Positions 1-9,083 of a DNA stretch of 64,000 nucleotides are shown in pieces (position 1 is the first letter of the stretch; each line of letters starts with the position of its first letter). The notes under the pieces are model-generated. The model searched no databases. It saw nothing but the letters and a program-made list of their open reading frames with translations, and was not told where the DNA came from. The DNA is from Spirochaetia bacterium. Its GTDB lineage: Bacteria; Spirochaetota; Spirochaetia; CAKZLE01. The translations under genes and the position numbers were made by a program. Where the stretch lies: positions 2,592,001 through 2,656,000 of the forward strand of contig OY782041.1 in NCBI GenBank assembly GCA_963677595.1, written 5' to 3'.

Positions 1-234
1 TACGGGTACACGGCGATCATCATCGCCTGGATGGCCCAGCTCAACCCGATAGCCTGTATCCTCGTAGCCGTCCTTATGGCAGGGCTCCTCGTCGGCGGGG
101 ACCAGCTCCAGATGATGGTTGGACTCCCCTCGGCCATGGGGCTCGTCATCCAGGGACTCCTGCTCTTCCCGCTGCTGGCAGGCAGCGTCTTCTCGGAGTA
201 CCGATTGAGAATCCTGCCGAAGGAGGAGGCTTGA
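1..234 (+). CDS. ABC transporter permease (nucleoside/sugar type), 5'-partial
   Basis: Frame open from base 1 (YGYTAIIIAWMAQLNP...); hydrophobic; directly upstream of a second permease. Confidence 0.85.
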   Translation, partial: YGYTAIIIAWMAQLNPIACILVAVLMAGLLVGGDQLQMMVGLPSAMGLVIQGLLLFPLLAGSVFSEYRLRILPKEEA

Positions 235-235
235 T

Positions 236-1189
236 ATGCAGCTGATCACCACACTACTCGCAGTGACCTTGAGCGCTGGTACCTCACTGCTCTATGCCAC
301 CATCGGCGAGGTCTATACCGAACGTGCCGGGATCCTCAACCTCGGGGTCGAGGGCATGATGATGATGGGGGCCCTCTCGGCCTTTGCCGTCTCCTTTCAT
401 ACCGGAAGCCTCCTGCTCGCGATGCTCATCGCGATGCTCGTCGGCGGTACGCTGGCACTGCTCCATGCCTTCCTCTCGATATCGATGCGGGCGAACCAGG
501 TCGTGAGCGGCCTGAGCATCACGCTCTTCGGTACCGGGCTGGCCAGTTATCTCGGGCAGCGGTTGGGACCTGAATCGAACGGATTCAACCTCGCAGGGAT
601 GACAGCAGCGTCATTCAAGGATATACACCTGCCGGTACTCGGGGAGATCCCGATACTCGCGGCCTTCTTCAACCAGGATATCCTGACCTACCTGCTCTAC
701 CTGATCGTTCCGTTCGCCTGGTTCTTCCTCTACCGGACCCGCGAGGGCCTGTCCCTGCGATCGATAGGGGAGAATCCCCGGACCTCCTCGGCCATGGGGC
801 TCAACGTGGCAGGGCTGCGGTATGTCTATACCGTGATCGGGGGGATGCTCGTCGGCCTCGGTGGGGCCCACCTCACCCTGGCCTATACCCCGGGGTGGAC
901 GGAGAACATCACGGGAGGTCGTGGATGGATCGTCATCGCGCTGGTCATCTTCGCAGGCTGGAACCCCGCACGGGCAGTTTTCGGGGCAGTCCTCTTCGGC
1001 GGGATCAACGCCATCCAGTTCCGCCTCCAGGCAGCTGGGACCGTGATCCCTGCCTCCTTCCTGAACATGGCGCCGTACATCATGACGATCATCGTCCTGG
1101 TGATCATGACAGTCGCGGGAAAGAAACGCAAAGGGAAGTTCTCCTCCCCGTCAGCACTGGGGACAGCGTTCTCCATCGAGGATAAGTAG
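236..1189 (+). CDS. ABC transporter permease (BPD_transp_2, nucleoside-type)
   Basis: GEVYTERAGILNLGVEG, LRSIGENP, GRGWIVIALV motifs. Confidence 0.92.
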   Translation: MQLITTLLAVTLSAGTSLLYATIGEVYTERAGILNLGVEGMMMMGALSAFAVSFHTGSLLLAMLIAMLVGGTLALLHAFLSISMRANQVVSGLSITLFGTGLASYLGQRLGPESNGFNLAGMTAASFKDIHLPVLGEIPILAAFFNQDILTYLLYLIVPFAWFFLYRTREGLSLRSIGENPRTSSAMGLNVAGLRYVYTVIGGMLVGLGGAHLTLAYTPGWTENITGGRGWIVIALVIFAGWNPARAVFGAVLFGGINAIQFRLQAAGTVIPASFLNMAPYIMTIIVLVIMTVAGKKRKGKFSSPSALGTAFSIEDK

Positions 1190-1306
1190 ATCCCCGGGTT
1201 CAGCATGGGGTGCCCTCCTCATGCTGAACCAGAATCGCTCATTGACTCAATGTAATGTTTAAAAAAATTGACAAAAAGACTTTTAACGTTTAACATAATA
1301 GACATT

Positions 1307-1621
1307 ATGAAGAAGAAGATTACCCTGCTACCGAAAACAGAACGAATCCTCCAGCAACTGGGTGAGAATATCAGGCTTGCCAGATTGAGGAGGAAGATCT
1401 CTGTTGAGCTGCTGTCTGAACGTGCAGGTATCAGTAGGGCCACTCTCTGGTCGATCGAGAAGGGAAGTCCTTCAGTCAGCATGGGGGCTTATATCCAGGT
1501 CCTGGCAGTTTTGGGTCTCTCCTCAGATATGCTGAAAGTCGCTGAGGATGATGAGCTGGGAAGGAGACTGCAGGATGCAGGACTGAAGACCAGGATCAGG
1601 GCTCCAAAGAGAGGATCCTGA
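1307..1621 (+). CDS. XRE-family HTH protein, HipB-like antitoxin
   Basis: LGENIRLARLRR...AGISRATLWSIEKG HTH; lies just upstream of a hipA-like remnant. Confidence 0.85.
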   Translation: MKKKITLLPKTERILQQLGENIRLARLRRKISVELLSERAGISRATLWSIEKGSPSVSMGAYIQVLAVLGLSSDMLKVAEDDELGRRLQDAGLKTRIRAPKRGS

Positions 1622-1661
1622 TCATGGCTGAGAAAGTAGTATGACTGTAGTTGAGAAGTCA

Positions 1662-1850
1662 TAGATGCTATCCTATTCTTGACGGAGAATGGGAACCGGT
1701 GATCGTGTAATGATCTATTGTGATGGATGCTGGACTTTCAGACATACCTCAATGAGAAAGATACACTGACCGGTCATCGAAGACTACTTGGAGACTTCCC
1801 GGGGAATTCTCCCCGGGAATGATCTCAATAATAAAAATGAAGGGCATCTA
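1662..1850 (+). ncRNA. Predicted bridge RNA of IS110 element 1
   Basis: Closing stem tagatgc/gcatcta; internal hairpins; segments matching target (1712-1719, 1753-1761) and donor junction (1783-1789, 1830-1835); homologous to 23297-23500 with compensatory changes. Confidence 0.8.
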
Positions 1851-1909
1851 CGCACTTCCTGTCATAAAGCTTCCCAACTATCCGTTAATTTTATTTTGAG
1901 GAGGCTGCC

Positions 1910-3079
1910 ATGATAGACAGACCTTTACGATTGACGGCAACCAGGATCATCGGCTTGGATCTTTCCAAGAAGACTCTGGTTGGGTGTATGCTACTAGCAG
2001 AAGAAGGGTTCATGAAGAATCACTTCTTCAACGAGAAGATGAATGCTCAAGGACGTCAGCGACTCGCTGAACGGTTCAAAGCAGGAGATGCGATCTTCAT
2101 GGAGGGAGGGACCTCTTCCTTCAACCTCGCACGGTATCTGCTGAAGCACACCGAAGCAGACGTGTATGTACTCAACCCCATGAAACTGCATATCATCTTC
2201 GAGTCGATCTGCAAGTCAGATCGGCAAGATGCTGCAAAATTGGCTAAGTATGCACGGGATGCCCACCCGGAGAACTGGGTACTGGTTCCTATCCCGACTG
2301 AACAGGAATCTGCTGAGCGCTCAGTAGTCAAGCTTCACATCGCCTATTCACAGTATCGTACGAAGGTCATCAACAAGCTTCATGCGGTATTCACGGGAAT
2401 GGGGTTCCCTGACCTGAAGAAATCGGATCTGAAGGATCCTCGCAAGCGACGGGACTGGGTGGAGACCCTGCTCACCGAGGAGATAGCTCTATTCAGTGCA
2501 GGGCTCCTGCTCGAAGAGCTTGAATCATTGGAGTCGCAGATGGAACGTATTCATGAGAAGCTCAAGGAGATCATTCTCGCTCACCCACGAGAAGCTCTTT
2601 CCTGGCTCTCGATTCCTGGTATCGGAGACATCACGGCTGTAACGCTCATTGCCTTCCTCGGTAATGGGGACCGATTCTCTTCTGCTAACCAACTGAGGAA
2701 CTATATCGGTCTCATCCCGAAGAAGGATCAATCCGGGACGGTCGATAAGCATCTTGGGGTCTCTCGTCACGGGTGTATGCCGATCAGGAGGCACATCATG
2801 CAGGGAGCTTGGGGGATCAAGAGCTTTAGGAGAGATTGTTCTCTTACTCGGTACTGGCAGCGTCTTGAAAGCCGACGGAAGCTTGGTCAGAAAGCATCAG
2901 TTGCCATTGCTAATAAGATGCTCTCTATCGGATTCGCTCTGCTGAAGAACGGTGATATCTACCGGATGCCTGACGGGGAACAGTATCTGTTGAAGAAACT
3001 GCAATACTATAAACTTGAAGCTCTCATCGGAACCCGATCCTGCAAGATTAATTCCGATAAGAGCTCAATAACCAGCTAA
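1910..3079 (+). CDS. IS110-family transposase/recombinase
   Basis: IIGLDLSKK, FMEGG, KSDRQDA (DEDD); SIPGIG; catalytic Ser loop DQSG; RBS GAGGAGG. Confidence 0.95.
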   Translation: MIDRPLRLTATRIIGLDLSKKTLVGCMLLAEEGFMKNHFFNEKMNAQGRQRLAERFKAGDAIFMEGGTSSFNLARYLLKHTEADVYVLNPMKLHIIFESICKSDRQDAAKLAKYARDAHPENWVLVPIPTEQESAERSVVKLHIAYSQYRTKVINKLHAVFTGMGFPDLKKSDLKDPRKRRDWVETLLTEEIALFSAGLLLEELESLESQMERIHEKLKEIILAHPREALSWLSIPGIGDITAVTLIAFLGNGDRFSSANQLRNYIGLIPKKDQSGTVDKHLGVSRHGCMPIRRHIMQGAWGIKSFRRDCSLTRYWQRLESRRKLGQKASVAIANKMLSIGFALLKNGDIYRMPDGEQYLLKKLQYYKLEALIGTRSCKINSDKSSITS

Positions 3080-3599
3080 AGCCAATCTAACGGTTTTAGC
3101 CTATCACTAACCACCTCCCCACGCAAGTCCTTATTTTTAAGGTCTCGGAGAATTGTGTCTATTTGAATTGCCAAAACTTTCTTGTTTATACCTCTTGACA
3201 TCTACAGACAAATAAAGAGATCTATGTCTATGCAGATTGGGAAGGGATTTCAGGTCCTGAACTCATAGGGACTCTTACCGTCGACAGGACCAGGGGGAAG
3301 GACTTCTACGGTTTCTCATATGCCGATACCTGGCTGAAAAGCGAACATCAGGCGATCCTGTCTCGTTCTGGAAAAGCACAGAATCCCCGAAATGGAACAA
3401 TCCCTGTATGCATCAGCTTTCAAGGTTGAATTGACCTCATAGCTCTGTTTCTGGGATTAGGGATGATATAAAAAAACGGGATGGTGCACATCGTGTCGTT
3501 CAGGTAGTTGTTGATCCCCACGATCTTCTCAACACGCGGGGTAAGATATCCCTGTTCAAGGGCAGTCCCTGCCTCCGTGAAGAGGGGGGGGAGCGGCAG

Positions 3600-3945
3600 G
3601 TGAAGCTCGAGGTCGGGTATGGACTGGAAGGGTACCTGACAGACGGATACGTCAGCGCCGATCCTTGATACTTCTGTCATCCCGGCCTTCAAGCAGAGGA
3701 GTGACTGGGGAGACGGTATGGTAGACGGAACCATTGCTATCGGTGCCACACTGGCTGATAAGAGGGATTTGTCATTCGATATCAGTAACAGTTCTTCCTA
3801 TTCGATCACGAACGAGGAGGGGAGTATCGTTGATATCATCGGAACGATCTGCACCCTCATCTTCGTGTTTTTCATGATATTCGGCAGGAGACGGCGTCTC
3901 CCGAGGATTCTAGCAATTTCAGGAGTATGGATTAATGAAAAATAA
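3600..3945 (+). pseudogene. TPM-domain (YgcG-like) membrane protein remnant, frameshifted
   Basis: VKLEVGYGLEGYLTD signature at 3600, continuing in other frames (ILDTSVIPAFK; DGMVDGTIAI...TM helix-GRRRR); 5' limit uncertain. Confidence 0.65.
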
Positions 3946-3976
3946 TACACTGGAGTATCATTATTCTGGGTTTTCC

Positions 3977-5335
3977 CTATTCGATCAATGGCAGTAGATA
4001 TCCCTTCAGGGCCTCCATCGAGTAGTACTTCGCTCCTATGGAATAGTTCCTTTCTACCGCTTTCATTCGGGAATTCCTGTCCGTGAGATAGGTGATCGCC
4101 TCATCTGCAGCCTTTCCGATGACAGCCTGTTCGACTGAGATCAGGCCTGTGGACTCATCCTTGGTATGCTCATGGCCCAATGAGATGTAATCGAAATCTC
4201 TCTGTTTGATATCAGAGAGGAATATCGGGTATTCATAGACTGCCATCGGTACCTTTGCGAAGAGCCCTTCGAGGAACTGATTTCCCCATCCTTCCCAGTA
4301 GGAAGGGTAGGTGATCAGGTCCGCATGGACGTAGGAGTCCCAGAGACTATAGACCTTCTTTCCTTCAATCTCTGCTCTCTCATGACCGATATGGTCACTG
4401 ATGAAAAGAAGCCTGACACCGTTCTGCTGTGCATGGCTCTCTAAGCGTCTCACATAGGTGCCGGTCGCATCATCACTGGAGTATCCTGTAAGTACCAGGA
4501 CGATCTCACTGGATTCAGTGAATATGTTACCGTTCCATAGAGTCTTTCCCAGTAATGCATCCCGTCTGTCATGGATTCCCCTGATCAGGTCTATTGCGAG
4601 CTCTATGCCCTTTCTTTCAACGATCCTCGTTGCCTGGAGGATGAGGATATCGTCATCTTTGAGTCCGATGGTCTTCCTGAAGTCACGGTTGTAATCATCT
4701 GCGACCCATGGGTCCATCCTGAAATCGAAGACATTGGGAATGATCGTTGCCTCAAGTCCCCGCCTGGTGAGCATCTGCCTCTGCCCATAGCTGTTGATCA
4801 CGACATGCCTGTACGCTTCATTCAAAGGAGGGAGATAGTTCTCCATCAGGTCTTTCGCGGTCTCAGAGGTGATCTTCGCACCGCCGAGCCGCTCCCAGTA
4901 GAAATCATGGTGCTGGGCGAGGACCGGGAGCTGGTACTTCTCCACGATCCGTTGAAGGGCTATCGCTACAGCAGGATTCATGGCTACCGACCAGACATTC
5001 TGCGGGATGACGAAATCGATCCGGTTCTCCTGGATGAACTCATCCAGGACTGTCTGGGCTTTACGTACCTCTGCATAGAGTGTCTCCCGGTATTCCTCCT
5101 CGCTCTCAAAACCGACCGGTTCTGCGAATGAGTAATGGTAGAGCCGCTTCGCGATATCACTGGTGTGGTGGAGGGCAGGGTGGATGAGCTTCGCATCATC
5201 ACCGACCTCCGCACCGAGGAGGATGACCTCATGACCTGCCTCCTCCAAGACTTTCTTCCATTTGTTCATCTCCAGGGAGACGCCGTCTGTTCCCATGATC
5301 TTGTAATGGATCATCCCGATCCGGTAGTGTTTCAT
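3977..5335 (-). CDS. GT4-type glycosyltransferase, mannosylglucosylglycerate synthase-like
   Basis: N-term GTDGVSLEMNKW, HHDFYWER, YPSYWEGWGNQFLE motifs. Confidence 0.85.
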   Translation of the reverse strand: MKHYRIGMIHYKIMGTDGVSLEMNKWKKVLEEAGHEVILLGAEVGDDAKLIHPALHHTSDIAKRLYHYSFAEPVGFESEEEYRETLYAEVRKAQTVLDEFIQENRIDFVIPQNVWSVAMNPAVAIALQRIVEKYQLPVLAQHHDFYWERLGGAKITSETAKDLMENYLPPLNEAYRHVVINSYGQRQMLTRRGLEATIIPNVFDFRMDPWVADDYNRDFRKTIGLKDDDILILQATRIVERKGIELAIDLIRGIHDRRDALLGKTLWNGNIFTESSEIVLVLTGYSSDDATGTYVRRLESHAQQNGVRLLFISDHIGHERAEIEGKKVYSLWDSYVHADLITYPSYWEGWGNQFLEGLFAKVPMAVYEYPIFLSDIKQRDFDYISLGHEHTKDESTGLISVEQAVIGKAADEAITYLTDRNSRMKAVERNYSIGAKYYSMEALKGYLLPLIE

Positions 5336-5336
5336 C

Positions 5337-7064
5337 TTACGCTCTCACACCCTCGATCCACAGGACCTCATAGGGTTCTATTGAATCCCTCAATGCACTT
5401 CTGGTCAGTGGTTTTATCACGGCCCCGGGGAGGATCTCAGCGAAGAGCGCCTGGATATCAGGGGAAGGGCAGTTCTTATCGGCAACATTGGTGATACACA
5501 GTACTGCCTTGACTCTGTCCTTGCAGACCCTGGCATTGATGAAGAGTGAGGATTCCTCACTCCCAATGATCTGCTGGTCAGCATGCGGGGAGAAAGAACA
5601 GTGGTGATTCCTGATTCTCAGCAGTTCACTGAAACTCTTGAGGACCTGATGCTGCTGACTGGTCGGATCATCGAGTATTTCCTCGATCGCATCCAGAGAG
5701 AGTTTCTCCCGGTTGATGCTTCTCGGCATACCGGTCAGTTTCGGTCCTTCGGTCCAGTTCCCGGATCCGATGATGCTGTGGAAGTAGATACCCGGGACTC
5801 CCCGCAGGGAGAGCATGATTGATTGGGAGGCGATGAACCTCCTTACTTCATGATCAGTACTTCCTGCGATCGAGAGGGCATCGAAATAGTTCATGTTCAT
5901 CTCATACGGGCTCTTCGAACCGTCCGAGTTGTTCTTGTAGGAGACATAGCCACCCTGTTCGATGATCCTCTCTGCCATCTGTGTGACATCCTCTTCCGGG
6001 AGGATGCCCCGTGCCGGCATGAGACCGACCCCATCATGGGAGGCGAGGAAATTAAAATAGGTGGTATCTTCTGACGGAAATTCCAGATCCTTAGCCCAGC
6101 CTGACAGATAGGAGGCATCCCCGACCATGAACGCATGGAGGGTGAGCGGCGGGAGCGGGAAGTTATAGACGAGGGCAGCCTCATCATGACCGTTCCCGAA
6201 ATAGGAGATGTTCTCCTTATGGGGGACGTTGGTCTCGGTGATGATGCGTACATCCGTACCGGAAGCGTCGATGAGTCTCCTCATGAGCTTGATGATGCGA
6301 TGAGTCTTTGGATGATGAATACAGCTCGTGCCGATCTCTTTCCAGATATAGGCGATCGCATCGAGCCTGATGAGATCAGCTCCATGCCTGATATAGTCGA
6401 GGAGGATATCGATGACTTCCAGCAGGACCGCAGGATTACTGTAGTTCAGGTCTATCTGATCATCACTGAAGGTCGTCCATACGTGCCGCTTCCCATTCGC
6501 TGTATCCACTTCGGTCAGCAGGGGCAGAGCCCTGGGGCGGAACACCCCGGATAAGTCGCTTGTCTCATCAGCTTCGATGAAGAACTCATCGAAGGGTCTC
6601 CTGCCCTGTTTGTACTCATCGAACCAGGTGCTCATGCTCGAGACATGGTTCGCTACCAGGTCGAACATCAGGCGGTGCTTACTCCCAAGCCTGCTGATAT
6701 CATCCCAGCTGCCGAGTCTCTCATCCACCTGACGGTAGTCGATGACGGAGAAACCGTCATCAGAAGAGTAGGGGTAGAAGGGCAGGATATGAACGGAGTT
6801 CACCACGTCCTTGATATGGGTATGGAGGAACTCATACAGTCCCTGGAGGGGGGGGCTCCCGTCATCCGGCCTGATGATATCCCCATAGGTGATGAGGATG
6901 GAATCCTTCTCACATAACTGATGTGGGGTAATCTGCCGTTGTGCAGCAGCCTGCCGCAGATCTTCAAGCCGCTGCAGGACTGCAGGAAGGGTTTGACCCG
7001 CAATGTTGCTCCCATAGATGAACTCAAGGTCTTCAAAGACAGCTTCTGAAATCGTATTACCCAT
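5337..7064 (-). CDS. GH13_18 sugar phosphorylase, probably glucosylglycerate phosphorylase (YcjM-like)
   Basis: LITYGD, HILPFYPYSSDDGF, RLDAIAY, ETNVP, SHDG; YEMN rather than the YQ(V/I)N of sucrose phosphorylases. Confidence 0.88.
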   Translation of the reverse strand: MGNTISEAVFEDLEFIYGSNIAGQTLPAVLQRLEDLRQAAAQRQITPHQLCEKDSILITYGDIIRPDDGSPPLQGLYEFLHTHIKDVVNSVHILPFYPYSSDDGFSVIDYRQVDERLGSWDDISRLGSKHRLMFDLVANHVSSMSTWFDEYKQGRRPFDEFFIEADETSDLSGVFRPRALPLLTEVDTANGKRHVWTTFSDDQIDLNYSNPAVLLEVIDILLDYIRHGADLIRLDAIAYIWKEIGTSCIHHPKTHRIIKLMRRLIDASGTDVRIITETNVPHKENISYFGNGHDEAALVYNFPLPPLTLHAFMVGDASYLSGWAKDLEFPSEDTTYFNFLASHDGVGLMPARGILPEEDVTQMAERIIEQGGYVSYKNNSDGSKSPYEMNMNYFDALSIAGSTDHEVRRFIASQSIMLSLRGVPGIYFHSIIGSGNWTEGPKLTGMPRSINREKLSLDAIEEILDDPTSQQHQVLKSFSELLRIRNHHCSFSPHADQQIIGSEESSLFINARVCKDRVKAVLCITNVADKNCPSPDIQALFAEILPGAVIKPLTRSALRDSIEPYEVLWIEGVRA

Positions 7065-7081
7065 GGTGATTCCTTATCGTA

Positions 7082-8047
7082 TTATTCTTTGACTCCACCT
7101 GAAGTCATGTTGCCTGCAAGATATTTCTGTACGAGCATGAAGAGGATGACGACCGGGATCGCTGTCAGCATGGAAGCTGCCATGATCCTGTCCCAGATCG
7201 CGTTCTTCGATACGAACAGGGCCTTCAGTGCGATCGGCAGGGTGAAGATATCCTTGAAGGACTTCAGGAATACCGATGCGAAGAGATACTCGTTCCATGC
7301 GATCATGAAGGAGTATACGAATACCGTCGCAAGTGCCCCGAGTGATAACGGGATGATGATCTTGATGATCGTCTGGAACCGGGTATAGCCTTCGACGAAC
7401 GCAGCTTCCTCGATGGAGAACGGGATACTCCTGAAGGTGTTGCCCAGCATGTAGAGCGAAACCGGCAGGGTCTGTACCATATAGATGACCATCAGGGAGA
7501 AGACTGTTCCCCCTTCGGTCCTGGCAAGGCCGAGGGCCACGGAAATCTTGTAGAGCGGTATCAGCAGCAGGATCCCTCCGACCATATAGACGAAGAGGAC
7601 TCCACGCTGGATCAGTTTCTGTCCGCGGTATTTCATACGGCTAATCGAATAGGCCCCGAAGATGGCTATGATCAGGGAGATGAAGGCTGCCGTGGTCGAG
7701 AAGGCCAGGGAGTTCCTGAAATACTTCGGGAAGGGGAAGATGTCTCCAGAATCCTTGTATTTGGCGATGATAGACTCTCGCTGGTCTTTCGTGAGGTCCG
7801 GGGTCTCATCGAGGAGGATCTTCACCGATTCCGGGAGATTCTTCTCATCCTGTCCGATGTTCAGCAGTTCCTTGTAGGCTTCCGTGTTGACCTGTGCGGG
7901 GATGAGGGACGGGTTCCCCCAGTCCCAGGAATGCTTCAATGAAGTCGAGAGCATCTGGAGAAAGGGGAAGAGGCTGAAGGAAACGATGAACAGTACCAGC
8001 AGGGTGAACCCGATATTCTTTACTACATTCTTATGTGTCACTACCAT
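7082..8047 (-). CDS. Carbohydrate ABC permease (YcjP-like)
   Basis: EEAAFVEG loop, IAWNEYLFA. Confidence 0.92.
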   Translation of the reverse strand: MVVTHKNVVKNIGFTLLVLFIVSFSLFPFLQMLSTSLKHSWDWGNPSLIPAQVNTEAYKELLNIGQDEKNLPESVKILLDETPDLTKDQRESIIAKYKDSGDIFPFPKYFRNSLAFSTTAAFISLIIAIFGAYSISRMKYRGQKLIQRGVLFVYMVGGILLLIPLYKISVALGLARTEGGTVFSLMVIYMVQTLPVSLYMLGNTFRSIPFSIEEAAFVEGYTRFQTIIKIIIPLSLGALATVFVYSFMIAWNEYLFASVFLKSFKDIFTLPIALKALFVSKNAIWDRIMAASMLTAIPVVILFMLVQKYLAGNMTSGGVKE

Positions 8048-8913
8048 TTGAGTACCTTCTTTACATAGAACAGTATCAGGCCGATGAGCAGCCCGAACTG
8101 AATGACGACGAGTGCAGAACCCTGTCCCAGGTCCATGTTCCCGGTGAATGCCTTGAAGTAGGTGTAGATCGAGAGGACCTTGACATTGTCAGTCAGCAGG
8201 TAGACATCCTCGAACTTGTTGAAGTTCCAGATGAACCTGAGCAGTACGATAGAACCCATGACGAAATAGAGTTCCGGCAGGGTGATGGAGAAGAACTTCC
8301 TGACAGGGCCGCAGCCGTCGATCTCTGCAGCTTCATAGAGGTTCTTATCAATTGTCTGGAGTCTTGAAAGCAGCATGAGATAGGTGAACGGGAAACTCTT
8401 CCAGATACTGAATATGATCGCTACCCAGAGTGCATAATCAGGGGATCCGATGAGGTTGAACCGCTGAGTATAGATTCCGAACTTGTCGACCATCAGGTGC
8501 ATGAAGATACCGTTAACTGGATCGAAGAAGAACTGCCAGGCGAAGACGACCGAGATGACCGGTGCGACATAGGGCAGCAGGAGAATCGATCTGACGAGCC
8601 ACCTGAGTGGGAACTTCTTGTTCATCGTGAGTGCTACGATGAGACCGAAGATCGTGGTCCCAAAGGTTGAGAAGATCACGTACATGAACGTGGTATAGAC
8701 CGACTTCCAGAAGGTTGGGTCGGTGATGACTGAAGAGTAGTTCTCTCCGCCGATATAGGTGCTCTCGCCGGTCATCGTCACATCGAAGAAGCTCAGATAT
8801 ATGTTGTACCCGACCGGGTAGAGGATTAAGAGCAGTATGATGGAGAGCGCAGGCAGGACCAGCTTCACTCCAAGACGTGCATCTTTCTGTTCCAATGTTA
8901 ATTGCTTTTGCAT
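8041..8913 (-). CDS. Carbohydrate ABC permease (YcjO-like)
   Basis: LYEAAEIDG motif, TM helices. Confidence 0.92.
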   Translation of the reverse strand: MQKQLTLEQKDARLGVKLVLPALSIILLLILYPVGYNIYLSFFDVTMTGESTYIGGENYSSVITDPTFWKSVYTTFMYVIFSTFGTTIFGLIVALTMNKKFPLRWLVRSILLLPYVAPVISVVFAWQFFFDPVNGIFMHLMVDKFGIYTQRFNLIGSPDYALWVAIIFSIWKSFPFTYLMLLSRLQTIDKNLYEAAEIDGCGPVRKFFSITLPELYFVMGSIVLLRFIWNFNKFEDVYLLTDNVKVLSIYTYFKAFTGNMDLGQGSALVVIQFGLLIGLILFYVKKVLKW

Positions 8914-9036
8914 AACATCTCCTGATCACAGATATTGTGAAGTACATGGTGTTTGTGATAATGTCTAGAAACTTGAAGGTCGAGCCTGCGGTCTGCAACA
9001 ATCGACAGGCTCTTCCAGCTTGAAATGCGGTTTATG

Positions 9037-9063
9037 GGAGGGCTTCGTACAGAAGCCCTCTCC
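9037..9063. terminator. Stem-loop between SBP and permease genes (attenuator or mRNA stabiliser)
   Basis: ggagggcttc-gtaca-gaagccctct inverted repeat. Confidence 0.55.
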
Positions 9064-9083
9064 TAAACCCTTTTTTGTCTTGA

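Larger units (their letters stand above)
1634..3216 (+). mobile_element. IS110-family element 1
   Basis: Subterminal IRs tgactgtagttg (1642-1653) / catctacagaca (3199-3210), 10/12 match; shared AAAG at both junctions; contains DEDD transposase. Confidence 0.9.
1624..3442 (+). pseudogene. hipA: HipA-like toxin gene, split by IS110 after codon 4 and internally deleted
   Basis: Removing the IS gives ATG GCT GAG AAA GAG ATC TAT... = MAEKEIYVYADWEGISGPELIGTLTVDRTRGKDFYGFSYADTWLKS (HipA N-terminal-like); stop at 3427-3429; another frame (3362-3442) reads LEKHRIPEMEQSLYASAF, resembling a HipA C-terminus. Confidence 0.75.

Noticed and set aside
1633-3217. AAAG at both IS110 junctions as a classical target-site duplication
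   Set aside because: Element 2 shares only AA in the same register; better explained as a recombination core
3420-3749. 109-aa minus-strand ORF
   Set aside because: Antisense to the TPM remnant; no motif recognised
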